Assembly: GCA_013239625.1 (NCBI GenBank)
Contig: MU053379.1
Coordinates: 5,578,659 to 5,614,368 of the forward strand
Direction: 5' to 3'
From: Lama guanicoe
Taxonomy: Eukaryota
Length of the DNA stretch: 35,710 nucleotides
Part shown: in pieces, positions 12,701 to 23,794 of the stretch
How positions within the stretch are numbered: the stretch's first letter is position 1
How the letters are laid out: every line of letters begins with the position of its first letter
The notes under the pieces: model-generated
What the model was told of the DNA's origin: nothing
Database searches by the model: none
What the model saw: the letters and a program-made list of their open reading frames with translations, nothing else
Position numbers and translations under genes: made by a program

Positions 12701-15700
12701 TTGCTGTGTGTGGTAGAGACAGGACGTGTGTAGTTACAGACGTGGAGGTTGAACATTGGGTTGCTCTGTGAGGCAGGTAACATGGAATTTCATAAATAAT
12801 GAAACTGAAACACAGAGAAGTTAAATCAGTTGCCTTGGTCCCCAAATCTTGAGCCAAGATTCGAAGATGAGCAGACTGACTCCAGAACCCAAGCTTTTAA
12901 AGGTAACATTTCTTAACACTGCATGTGATGCTCACATGCTGTGAAGGGTAGGGAATGACTCAGGCTGATGGTATTGACATGAGTGGCTGGCAGGTGAGGC
13001 AGGGAGGGGCCAGGGGGTCATTGGTGGGTGACTTTTGGAAAGCCTTAAGTGCTGGACTCAGGAGACTGGATTTTGTTTATGAGGCACTGAGATGCAATCA
13101 GAGACTTTCGAGGAGGGGAGACGTGGTCATTACATGCTTTAGGAAAACTGATGACAGACTGAAGGAGGAGGAGTTCAGATAAGGAGACACGGCAGCTTGT
13201 GGTTGGAGGACAGGGTCTGATGCAGAGGTGAAGGAGCAGCTGGAAGGACAAAGAAGGAGTAAGACTGTCCTTAGAGATTCCTTAGTTGCTGTATTTGTTA
13301 CACATTTCTAGTTTCCATGAAATAAAGTGCAATATAACATTCAATTTAAGCATTAAAAATGGGATTAATCCACTTTTTATGTTTATATAACAAGTCACTT
13401 TGTTCTGTATAGGCTCAAAATGTTTTTCTCAAGATGTTATGGAAAGGCTAGTGTTAGTCTTGGCACATCTGTTTGGAAGAAGATATATTCCAGCAAAGTT
13501 CCAAGATGCAAATCTCAAGTTTTATCAATCAAAGGTAAAATTTATGATCCTGTTAATGTTAAATAATTAAGATAATTAAATGGATCCTACCATAAATGAT
13601 TCAGCAGCAGAATTTTATTAATATAGGATTCATTTGTTTTGTAGGGTAACAGTTTGTTTGTTCTGTAATCAATTTAATCTGTAATTCATGTGTCTATAAA
13701 TCTATCCAAAGATTAAACACTTTGAGGAGAATGGGAGAAAATGTTTGATCTTGTTTTCCATTTGATTGTATAGAAGTATAGCAGTCAGTGGCTAAAGAAA
13801 AAATGTAGGTAATTATACATGAAATGAACTAATAGTTCTCATTAACTATGTGGTTCTTTTAGGATCTTTTTACCTTGAAGTAGGGATTCAGACAGGAAGT
13901 GTATGTTGTGAACCGTGATGTCCTCACTGAAAAAAATACTAGAATAGGCACCTAAGAAGTTACCACTTGACACACACAGAGCAACTCATCCAATTGTATT
14001 TGTGACACTTTCTGTGATCACGATTCCCTGTCACTGAATCAGCATCAAACACGATGACTTACGTGTTTCACTGGAATCTGAGAGAGTGGGGCGGGCTGGT
14101 TGTGCCAGGTGATCTTCGTAAAAGGTGGCTAAGAAGAACAAAAAGAAGGCAGAGAAAGAAAAATCCTCTGTTACCCGAGTTTTCTTTGTCCTTGTAACCT
14201 CTGGTCTTTTGGTGACGGCCCTTCTGGCAGGTGTGAGGTGGCGCCTCACTCTGGTTCTGATCTGCGTCTCCCTGAGGGTGAGGGATGATTAGTGTGGAGC
14301 ACCTTCTAACATATGTGATGGGGACTGGGGTGCTTTCTTTGAGGAAACGTCTGTTCAAGTCCTTTGCCCCCTTTTTTGGCTGTTGGGCTGTACTGGATTC
14401 TTCTGTGTCTTATCTCCTTAGCAGGTGGATGGTTTAGAAGTATTTTCTCCCATTCTAGCAGTGCCTTTTGACCTTGTTGATTATTCCCTGTGCTGTGCAG
14501 AAGGTTTCAGTTTGATGTCGTCCCCCTTGTGTTTTCACTTGCGTTGTCTGTGCTTTTGGTGTCACGTTAACAGAATTACGGCCAAAATCAATGTTGCTAT
14601 ATTTTCTCTTAGGAATTTTACAGTTTCAGGTCTTACATTTAAGTCTTGAATCCATTTTGAGTTTATTTTTATGTACAGTGTATGGTAATAACACCAGGTT
14701 TTCACAGACTCTTCTAGGGAATACCAAAAGAGAAAGCAAAGCCTAAAATTAACATCAGAACATGACAAGGACATCATGAAAAAATTAGAGATGTGCCTCT
14801 TCCATGACTGTAGATGGAAGAATAATCAGAAAATATTAGCAAGACAAATCCAGTGTGAGTTTAAAACCCTCACAATCAGGTGAGGTGCATTCCAGGCTCA
14901 GAGGGGCTTTCTGTGGTTGCTGCTCCCCGGACATGCCACTAGATTCTTTGAAATATTCACAAGTCCACTGTCATTTGAGGGCATCCTTCTNNNNNNNNNN
15001 NNNNNNNNNNNNNNNNNNNNNNNNNNNNNNNNNNNNNNNNNNNNNNNNNNNNNNNNNNNNNNNNNNNNNNNNNNNNNNNNNNNNNNNNNNNNNNNNNNNN
15101 NNNNNNNNNNNNNNNNNNNNNNNNNNNNNNNNNNNNNNNNNNNNNNNNNNNNNNNNNNNNNNNNNNNNNNNNNNNNNNNTGGCAGACATAAACAGGAACA
15201 TCAGCTCCCATTGTCAAAAATAGGTAAGTGGGTCTTAGCTCTTCTGTGGAACAATTTAAAGAATGAATCATCTTGCCTTAGACTGTTTGATCCCAGATGA
15301 AGAGCAGAGCCCTGGAAAGCTCAGTCCACCTGAGAACAAGGGGATTCATCCCTTCTGCTTTCTCAAGAAAAAACAGGTATGATTATTAGAAGTTAAATAA
15401 AGGACAATGGAGAATGAAATTGAATAGAGTCATTTGTAAGCCATCTTAATTAAAGGTTGCCTTTGGTTCAAGCCTGGAAAATGGAGTAAGTGCCCGTGGG
15501 AGGAGGAGACACTGGAGACTCTCCTGTCACTTCTTTCTTGGGAGGCACTCTGCTTGGTGGTCTTGGATGTCAACTCTGCAGATTACTTGGTCCAAACTCT
15601 GGCTTAGCTACAAGTTAGCAATGAGGCCTCAGGCCAGTGACTCCGTAGTCACACCTCAGTTTTCTCCGCAGATAGTAAGAGAGAGTAACGTCATCCCCCT

Positions 15701-18700
15701 GGCTTAGGTGAGCTTTAAGTCACTGAGTTAATGCATGTGACTGTCTGGGAGCAGCGCCCAGCCCATGGTAACATCATCCACCTGGCGCAGGTGAGCTTTA
15801 AGTCACTGAGTTAACGCATGTGACTGGAAACAGCGCCCCAGCCCGCAGTAAACACTGTTAATCTTTGTTCTTATTTTTCATGGTCTGTTGGGTGGAAATC
15901 TCCCAGGGGAAAGTAAGGAGAAAGGGATGGGGATACAGGGAGAGGGTAGAACTGTGGGTAGTAATTTCCTGGTTTCATTTCAGTGTCACATTCTCCATTG
16001 GAAAAAGGGAAGCGGACTTGTAGCTCCCTGGGTAACATTAAGGTGGGGGAAGCAGCATGTTCAAAAGCAGACGATAGCAGTGGGCTTCCCGGAGGAGGCA
16101 GCACAGGAGTGTGTGGATGTAGCCTCCATCACAAAGCAGAGCTGGCTTTGATGCACCATCTGGTGCTTCATGAAACTGGAAATGGAAAAAAGTAGGTCTT
16201 CTCATACACTGTTTACAAAGCTGCTGATGGTGGCTGCCTGAATCACCCTGTCTAGAAAGATTCTGAGGTCAAACCTAAGTCAGGTGGGAGAAGGTACCAA
16301 GGTGATAACAACAGTTCTGGGCTGAAAGGGCAAGAATTTAAATTTAGCCTTTAATTACCTGTTGATCAAAAAAATTCTATGATACTGATAAGGACATTAG
16401 TAGCTAACATTTACTGAATGTGCCAACATGTGTCAGTCACTGTGGTCAGTCTTGTTTGGTCTTCATATGACGTCGGCCCTGGGAAGTCGACTGTCCTCCC
16501 CAGCAGTATGGTCTAGAGCAGGTGAATTTTAAAAGCTGATCTGTCCAATCTCTTGTGGTCAGATTTCACAGGTGAAGAGTGTGAGGACTCCCAGCTCGTG
16601 TCTCACCTGCTGAGCTGCAAGGAAGGGAGAAGAGCTGTTTCTCCATTTGCTTGTCTCTCTGGGAACTCTGATGCTGATTTGCTCCATCCAGAAACTCCGG
16701 ACCATGTAAGTGGAAAATGGGGCTTATAAATAAAAGTCTCAAGAAAGAGTTGGACGTATAGCTGTAGGCAGTTTAGCAAGGACTTTAAATTCCCCAAATT
16801 GAAAAAAAATCCAGGTGTAGCAACAGAAATATCCAGCAAGTGGCGCGATTTGTTTCTCATTTTGGCCTGAGGACCCCTGCCCCATTACACAGAAATCCAG
16901 GACCAGCACTTCTCTGGAGATTAACACGGGTTTGCTGTGAAAAGAGCACATTAAACGACCTTCAGGCTTCCCAGTCTTGCTGTAGGTGCTGTGAATCCCA
17001 TATATTCTGGATCTTAGATGTCAGAAATGGAGTATAAAGAACCAGATACATTTCAGATATGCTGGATAATCCATTCAAATGTTGGAATAGACTTGTAGAA
17101 ATTTAATTTATACTTTAATTCAAAATCTGAGAAAGAAAATAGGTTTTGTCACATTTGATGTTACAGTGTCTCAGCTCCATTCTATTCCAGAAGCAGATAG
17201 TCCTCTGCCATGTAAAATAATCCAGTGTCACTGGAAGGAGTTTTGAAAAGTTATATGGACCCTTGTGAATTTTAAATAGAGACACACGTACTTTTATCAT
17301 GTATTTAAACAGTTTCAGATGATTCAGGTTCCATCTTCAGATAAATGTTGACGTGTTAAAATAATACCATTGCATCATTCTTTTAAATGGATAAAATGGA
17401 ATATAAATACTAACGTGTTTTAACACCCATAACTTGCAAGTTAAAAACAGTCAATGGTGGTTCTGTTTTTGGGTTTTTGAGAAACCTCCATACTCTTCTC
17501 CATAGTGGCTGCACCAATTTACATTCCCACCAACAGTGTATGAGGGCTCCCTTTTCTACACACACACACACGAAAAAAACAGTCCAGAATAAAATTTAAT
17601 GATTTAATTAAATTTTCTCTTATGTTTAGATTCTGCATTCCCCCATATTTTTTTACCTTAATGTAACAAATTTTTAAACATGAAGTTACTATACCTTTTA
17701 TATTTCTTAACTTAAGTAGAATACAGTTTCAATGTAATACTTATTTTTAGTTGGCCACAGAAACGTAAGTATAATCTGAATTTGGAGAAGTAATTACTAG
17801 AAGTAATGTTAATACTGTATTGAAAAGGTGTGTATTAATGAGATGAATGAGGCTGTTTCTTTTTTAATTAGTCCGTGTAACTGTGGATGAATATTTACTT
17901 GTTTTCAGAATGAAACAGAATTCCAGCATCAAATCTTAATTCAGATTCTGAGAAACTTTATTCAAATCGTTCAGTAGCTGAGAATGGAGTAATTTTCGTT
18001 ATAACAGTAATATACAATACTTCTAATGCCTTATGAGCTATATGCCCCAAATCACCTAGCAATTGATTGTAAAGATATATTTTAATCTTCTCTTAATTAA
18101 CAACTTGATTAGATTTACCTTCAATTTTGTTGAAGACAAGTAATTGGAAACTGCCTAATTTTTAAAGATTGTTTAAAGCAGTCTTTAGCGCAATCCATTT
18201 TCTCAGTAAGAAAGCAGTCTTGTCCTTTGTTGCTACTCAGCACGTTTTCAAACCCCAAGGAAATGTATCATAGTAAGTTAGGGGAGACACTTTGTTTTAT
18301 AAAATGAGAAAAAAGCATTCGTGAAACAAGAGGTGAGAAAGGGAGGTTTTTGTATTTTTTTTTGTTTGTTTTTTTTTGTTTTTTTTTTTTACTGATAAGG
18401 TGCATGGTTTAGAAACAAACTGGAGACCAGCGTTCAGATCCTGTGTGAGGCCCTCTGGAGCTGGCTGCGTAGGTCTTTATCCCCGTTTGTTTGGTGCCTT
18501 GTAATAAACCACCCTTGAAGAATGTGGAATTCTGGCAAAGTAATAATAAAGGACTGCACTTCAGTTTACAAGAGCAGTACTTTTATGAAGCTCCCCCCAC
18601 CCCCATAGTTTGTGTGTATGATTACAATTAATTACTCATGTAAGAGGTTTGTAGCCAACCACATTGAAAAAGACATCATATTACTAGTTAAGTTGGATCA

Positions 18701-21700
18701 TTTCCCTTCTCTCTGTTATACAGTCAGTCTGGCTGAGGGACAGAATGTGCCATTCACTTTTGCTTCCTTTCCACATTCAAGCTCTTCCCTGAGGTTTAGA
18801 GGGATGCAGACAGTTCTCATGGGATGTAATGTCTGTGTCTTACCCCCATGTGGTCACCATCCATCAGGAGACCGCGAAGGACAGGACAGGAGCTGAGCTG
18901 GACCCCCAGTTGCTGCTGGTGGTGTGCTCAGAAGAAGGGTCCTTCCTAGCGCACCCACCGGAAGCGTCTGGCAGCAGGGAACGTCTCCAGAGTGTCTCAT
19001 GCCCTTTGCCTCTCCCAGCTCACTTGGTACAGATTTGCTAGTGTAAGCCTTCAAACCTGGCCTTTACTGTTTGTCACGTTTTAGTGCAATACCAAATATG
19101 CACACATGCACATCGTTTTTGCAGGTGGAATTAGGTTTATTTATTTATTTGGTTTAATGGTGATACTGGGGATTGAACCCAGGACCTTGTGATGACTAGG
19201 CACGTGCTCTGAGCTCTGCCCTCCCCTTCTCCTGTATGTGCACATCTTTAAATGGTGTGTAGAAAAGCCACAAAGCATCACACTGCCGGGAACAGAATGT
19301 ATGTGGGTATATGTATGACTGAAATGTGATGCTGTACACCGGAAATTGTCACAACATTGTAAACTGACTAGACTTCAATCAAAAAAATTAAACCAAACCC
19401 AAAACAAACTATGGTGAACAGCCACGGACTCGGGACCCGTGTGCTCCTCCTCTGTTTCATTCCCCAGGATAGCAACTACCCTAAACTCGGTGTTTTTCAT
19501 GCTCCTTTTAAAATGTCCTATTCCAAAATCACTTTTTATTTTTGTTGCTTTTGAATTTTACAGAAAGTGAAGGGACACTTACTGTGGTCGCCTGGAAGGT
19601 GCTTTTTTTGCAGTTGGCACTGCACCGTGAGATGTATCCGTGTTGTGACCTGAAGCTCTATTCTGTTTGCACTACTTCATGGTGTTCACAGTGTGAATGT
19701 AAAACCACCTGCTGCTCTGTTCTCCTCCTGGTGAGGATCTCTGTCTGTTTCTCATCTTGACTGTTGCTCACAGGGTCGCCAGGGAGGTCTGGGACACTTG
19801 GGCATCAGTTTCCTGTGAGTGTGAATCTTCTGGATTTTCGGGGTCAAAACGATTTTCTGGACCATAATGGAGTAAGAATACTCCAAGCACTTTTAATAAT
19901 AATAACTATCTAAGTGACTCCCAAGGCATTTAGACAGTCCTCGTTTTGCCCCCTTTGCACTCTCCTGGCTGTGTCTGGAGTTCTCGACCCTGGATTTCCA
20001 AGAAATGCGCAGATGTGGAGAGCTACTGATGTGTTCTTCATCTTCTTATTTTTCTTCTCCTTTCCCTGCATCTTCCCACCCTCCCCTTGCATTCTGGCCC
20101 TTGGGCTGTAGAAGTGTTGCCATTGTTCAGATCAGCGGGTCCCTTCTATGGAAACATAGGCCGCACCAGCTCCCTGAAGGCCCACTTACAGAGATACTGC
20201 CTTCACCAATTAGGTTAAGGGCAAAATTTTCAAGTAGCTTTTCTTTCCTAGTGAGTCTTGCTTTATTCTAGGGGCTGGATGGTGGAAGTTTTCATCCATG
20301 TGTTGTGAGAGTGATGTTCGTAGGTGGAGCCAACCACCCGTAGTCTTGCTTGGAAAGGCACCAGCGCACTGCGTCTGAAAGACACCCTCTCCCTTCACTG
20401 TGAAGGACGTGACCACAAAGCACAGTGTAAGGAATCATAAACATTCTTTACACATAAATGACAAATTAAGAAGATCTTATTTCTTCAGGTCACTCAGTGC
20501 ACAGTCGGTATCAGTAATATCTCGGCTCCTGTGCTGTGGCCCCAGAGACTTGATAACCAAGGAAGGAGGATGCCGCTCAACGCTTATGCACTTGATTTCT
20601 ACAAGCATGGTTCCTTGTTGGGACTAGTCCAAGACAACAGGTGTGTTTCACCTCTCTGTCCCTCTGTCTCTGTCCCTGTCTCCACCTCCACCATCTGTTC
20701 TCTGTCTCTGCCTCCACCATATGCCTGTCTCTGTCCCTGTCTCCACCTCCACTGCTGCCCCTGCTTCTCTCATTTCCACCTCTCCCTCTGTCTCCATGTC
20801 TTTCCACATCCATGTCCACATCTGCGTCTGTTTCTTTCATCTCCATCTCCACCACCTCTGCCTCTGTTTCTATTTATATATCCCTCTCCATCTCCATGTC
20901 TTCTTATATCTCATGAATGAGCTCAATGAATTTTAGGCCAAAGCCTTTTCACAATTTCAAGCATAGGTTCCTCATGCTGAGTATACTGGATTTTTTCCTC
21001 ATGGACTAATGGCAGGGGAAAGTAGTACATTTGGGGTATTGTTATTTGGGTTGACCAGCAGACTCTTGGGACTTAGGCTGACTCACTTGACATAAAGCTG
21101 TATGCCACAAACAGAAACATTCACACATCCCCACAGATGTATTTTTATTTATTACTGTCCTAGTTATTCATTATTAAATATTTCAAAACCTTGTAACTAA
21201 TAAATAATGCTGTGCTCCCTGTTATCTGAGAAAGGTACATAAAAAATATAATTCACATGTCTGAGGACTGAGAACATGGCAGTTGTTTTAACTCTTTGGC
21301 AGGGAAACCATTTTCAGAAACTGTATTCAGGGGTAGACCCTCTGGGACCTACTGGGAGTGGAGGAATTGGCCCAGCCACCAAGCACCTTGATGTGTGTGG
21401 TGGGAGGACACCATCAGAAATTAAAAGTGCATTTGACATAAAATTTGGAACAATCTCTGTTGAACTCAAGTATTTAAAACTTCTGCCCTCTTGAGAAATG
21501 TTGATCGTTTTTGAAAGTGTGACTCATTATTGTGAATAAAATTGTTGTGACACCAGTGAGTAATCCACTGAGTTCTTCTCTGACTCACTGGCCCCATTCA
21601 CTCTACTGATGTTATCTTTTCCACTTGGGTTTTCTCCCAAGGTCAGCCTCCCGTGTTCTTGGATGAGCTGTGCTGTGGTACTCGTGACTCTTGAGTTCAC

Positions 21701-23417
21701 AACCCTCATTCCCACAGATTAGGTCATCGTCTGGGAGTCTGTGGCAGAAAGTATTTTGGTCAATACATCTTGACTGACAGAAGTTATCTGTTATTGACAA
21801 ACCCAACTTTTCAATATGAAATGAGAGATTCCGTGACTTTTATAGCATTAATTTTCAAAATGTTGTTTTGTTCAGGATAAACGAAGGAGCTGCCTATCAG
21901 TTGTTGAAGGACTTTGCCCTCACCATTCAGTCTATCAGGTGTGTGATGCATTTTAAATACTGGGTTCAGATTTTCTGATACGTTAAGGTAACCTGAAAAA
22001 TGTTGAGCTCGTGCTTCCAGGGGCCACTGAGCCTCTTAGGTGCCAAGCATTTCAGCTCCCCAAGGACTTTGCAGAAGTTTTCCTCAACACTCTGTTGCAT
22101 TGTTTCTATAATAGAACTAATTCCAAAATCCACTTGAAATTAAGTTTCACCCAGCCCAGAGCCTCAGCCCAGACACGCGGCACCAACAGGCATCAAAGCT
22201 CAAAGCCTCAAGCACCCCGAGACCCTGGCAGCCTCAGCTCCACATCCCAGGTTCCTGTTATAGTTAATGACACACAGGCAACGCGGGGGGTGGGGTGAGG
22301 AGGATGTGTGGGGGCTGAGAGCTGGGAACAGTGAGTGGGAACCTGTATGTCATGTTACATCTGTGGGTCCGTGAGGACACCAGGGAGACTCTGGGCCTCA
22401 GGCGAATGACAGAGCCTGATGCAGTGTCCCTAGTCCCTGACCGGCCCAGCCGGACTGCCCTTTCTTGAATTTCCTCTGTCCATTCTTGTCACCCTCACAT
22501 CAGTTTCTTACGCTGCTGTAACTGGTGATCACACATGGTGTATCTAAACCAGCACAGCTACATGACCCTACGGATCCTGAGGTCTCATGTCTAAAATGGG
22601 TCTCCCTGGGCGAAAGCAAGGGGTGTCAAGGCTGCATGACAGAGGCTCTGGGACGGTCTGTTTGTCTTTTCCAGCTTCTAGAAGCTTTGATCTAGACCCC
22701 TTCTGCCCTCAAAGCAGCACTGGGGGCAGAGGCTCACATCAGGCCCCTCTGACGTCACCCCTTCCGCCTCCCTCTTCCACTTAGAATGTCCTTTGTGACA
22801 ACAGTGGACCACCTGGGCCCTCCGGATTAATCTCCGTCTCGAACTCAGCTGATTAGCAACTTCACTCGCATTTGCAGCCCTGACTCTCCACGTGACCCAC
22901 CAGTTTCTGCATGTCTAGGGATTAGGATGTGGACCCCTTTGGAGGACCATTATTCTATTCACCACACCCCATGTTCTGTATTTGCTCACATCTCTAGGTC
23001 ACGGGAGGATTATTTTGCTTTTTTGTAGAGGCAGTTGCCTGTGGGTGTATGTGTGTGTGTGTGGGTGGGTGCATGCATGTACATATGTCTGCATGCACAC
23101 GTGCATGTATGCGTGTGTGTACATGCGTGTGTGCACGTATGCACTTATGCATGTCTGTGTGGATGGACATACAGGGTTCTGAGATACATATGCTCCTTGT
23201 CAGTCTTTCATCATCTGGTGGGGTTTACTTCACTCTGCCTCCCCAGGGAGAGCTCTTCTGGCCCCGAGTCTCAGCAGCATGGGCACTTTTTACCTGTCCC
23301 TGTATTTCCATTTCCAGCATCTCTTTGCGGGAACTGTGTGGAAACGAAGAGGACAACGTGGTCTTAGCATTTGAGCAGCTGAGTGAAACCTTTTCTGAAA
23401 AATTTAAAAAAATCTGA
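3580..23417 (+). CDS. DDX60: 3' part of DDX60-family Ski2-like DExD/H-box RNA helicase gene (12 coding exons joined; 5' exons lie upstream of the window)
   Basis: Spliced translation gives GIGYHH...[18 protein letters not shown]...[14 protein letters not shown]...LDFYKHGSL...[21 protein letters not shown], matching the recalled human DDX60 C-terminus. Visible splice sites are GT-AG with consistent phases. The terminus resembles DDX60 more than DDX60L. Confidence 0.92.
4270..4422 (-). mobile_element. tRNA-derived SINE (camelid Vic-like)
   Basis: Minus strand reads GGGGAGAG-CAGCTCCGTGG (A box-like)...GGGTTCAACCTCC (B box-like)...(TAAA)n-CCTAATTACC and an A-rich tail. Confidence 0.75.
5065..5217 (+). 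CDS. DDX60: DDX60 exon ([51 protein letters not shown])
   Basis: Acceptor cttcttttAG, donor GTaggt; 153 nt, phase 0/0; Ski2-like GIGYHH motif. Confidence 0.92.
6417..7218. repeat. Perfect tandem duplication, 2 x 401 bp
   Basis: 6417-6817 = 6818-7218; identical ORFs offset by 401 in the ORF track. Confidence 0.95.
7697..7801 (+). CDS. DDX60: DDX60 exon, helicase motif V ([35 protein letters not shown])
   Basis: Acceptor ctctttccAG, donor GTactg; 105 nt. Confidence 0.95.
9322..9522 (+). CDS. DDX60: DDX60 exon, helicase motif VI ([25 protein letters not shown]...[12 protein letters not shown])
   Basis: Acceptor ctgcttccAG, donor GTaggg; 201 nt. Confidence 0.95.
11348..11452 (+). CDS. DDX60: DDX60 exon ([35 protein letters not shown])
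   Basis: Acceptor ctccacAG, donor GTacga; 105 nt. Confidence 0.93.
11721..11862 (+). CDS. DDX60: DDX60 exon ([47 protein letters not shown])
   Basis: Acceptor tgttctttAG, donor GTaagc; 142 nt, ends in phase 1. Confidence 0.94.
12785..12900 (-). mobile_element. MIR SINE fragment
   Basis: gaaactgaaacacagagaagttaaat...gagccaagattcgaa...ctgactccagaacc MIR core-like motifs. Confidence 0.6.
13413..13534 (+). CDS. DDX60: DDX60 exon ([40 protein letters not shown])
   Basis: Acceptor ttctgtatAG, donor GTaaaa; 122 nt, phase matches the previous exon. Confidence 0.94.
14190..14690 (-). mobile_element. L1 ORF2 3' fragment
   Basis: Minus-strand remnant peptides ([35 protein letters not shown]). Confidence 0.8.
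14991..15179. other. Assembly gap (189 N), expected to hide the acceptor and first ~100 nt of a DDX60 exon
   Basis: N run. The expected segment (VFLDDLPEDF...IVSK in recalled human DDX60) was not found elsewhere in the window. Confidence 0.9.
15180..15223 (+). CDS. DDX60: Visible 3' part of DDX60 exon (ADI/x/[10 protein letters not shown]) with apparent 1-nt frameshift
   Basis: [10 protein letters not shown] followed by donor GTaagt at 15224; phase 1 matches the next exon. Confidence 0.85.
15590..15860 (+). mobile_element. MIR-like SINE with internal ~83-bp duplication
   Basis: cctcagttttctcc...tgagttaatgcatgtga...cagcgcccagccc...gtaa, MIR-like. Confidence 0.55.
16563..16705 (+). CDS. DDX60: DDX60 exon ([47 protein letters not shown])
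   Basis: Acceptor gtggtcAG, donor GTaagt; 143 nt; absent from the ORF track, translated by hand. Confidence 0.93.
17453..17574. mobile_element. Short TSD-flanked insertion: antisense L1 ORF2 fragment plus (CA)n/A tail
   Basis: AAAAACAGTC at 17443-17452 and 17575-17584. Confidence 0.7.
19115..19226 (-). mobile_element. tRNA-derived SINE (same family as 4270-4422)
   Basis: B box GGGTTCAATCCCC on the minus strand and the same (TAAA)n-CCTAATT tail; TGCACATC occurs on both flanks. Confidence 0.75.
19293..19388 (+). mobile_element. 5'-truncated L1 3' end
   Basis: Similar to the reverse complement of 250-340 (cacaacattgtaaa..gact....tcaat-polyA). Confidence 0.65.
20489..20640 (+). CDS. DDX60: DDX60 exon ([50 protein letters not shown])
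   Basis: Acceptor ttcttcAG, donor GTgtgt; 152 nt. Confidence 0.93.
20650..20900. repeat. Degenerate pyrimidine-rich hexamer repeat (TCTCCA/TCTGTC-like)
   Basis: Visible low-complexity periodicity directly after an exon donor. Confidence 0.75.
21876..21938 (+). CDS. DDX60: DDX60 exon ([20 protein letters not shown])
   Basis: Acceptor tttgttcAG, donor GTgtgt; 63 nt, phase 2/2. Confidence 0.92.
22497..22964. mobile_element. MaLR solo LTR (MLT1C/D-like)
   Basis: tcagtttctt..gctgctgtaac ... tcttttccagcttctagaag ... ccattattct..ccaca termini, from recall. Confidence 0.7.
23041..23162. repeat. Degenerate (TG/CA/TA) alternating microsatellite
   Basis: Directly visible. Confidence 0.85.
23318..23417 (+). 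CDS. DDX60: DDX60 last coding exon ([32 protein letters not shown])
   Basis: Acceptor catttccAG; TGA at 23415-23417. Confidence 0.94.
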
Positions 23418-23788
23418 AAACAGTCTTGTCCAGACCACTTGGAGGACGGCCATGGACGTTTTCCAAGTCATAATTTCTGATTCTGATGCGTCTTGTTAGG
23501 AACATGGGCAGGATGGAATAGGGAGAGTGAGGCTTTGAGCTGGGGCTGTGACGCCGTGCCGTGCTTTCTCCTGAGCCCCTGGGATGAACTGTTTCCTGTC
23601 TCTGGATCTCGGCTTCTCTGCACAGCTTAGTGACGATGTCACAGCTTGGCTGGCATGTGATCAACTGAGAAACGAGAGGATTTTGCTTGTGGTGGAAGAA
23701 CCAGTTTTGCTCTGTGAGGCCTAAACTGGTCTTACATTCTCAGCATTTCTTTTCTCGTTGTAATTTGTAAAAATTCTGTTAAGATTAG

Positions 23789-23794
23789 AATAAA
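23789..23794 (+). terminator. Candidate polyadenylation signal AATAAA for DDX60
   Basis: First AATAAA I saw after the stop codon, about 370 nt downstream. Confidence 0.55.

Noticed and set aside
14855..15300. Four ORFs spanning the N run
   Set aside because: Open only because N translates as X; only 15180-15223 is supported as exon.
20577..20936. Ser/Leu/Pro/Cys-rich ORFs
   Set aside because: Translations of a low-complexity hexamer repeat beyond the real donor at 20641.
23049..23317. In-frame 5' extension of the last exon ORF
   Set aside because: Microsatellite-derived; a good acceptor at 23316-23317 defines the true exon start.
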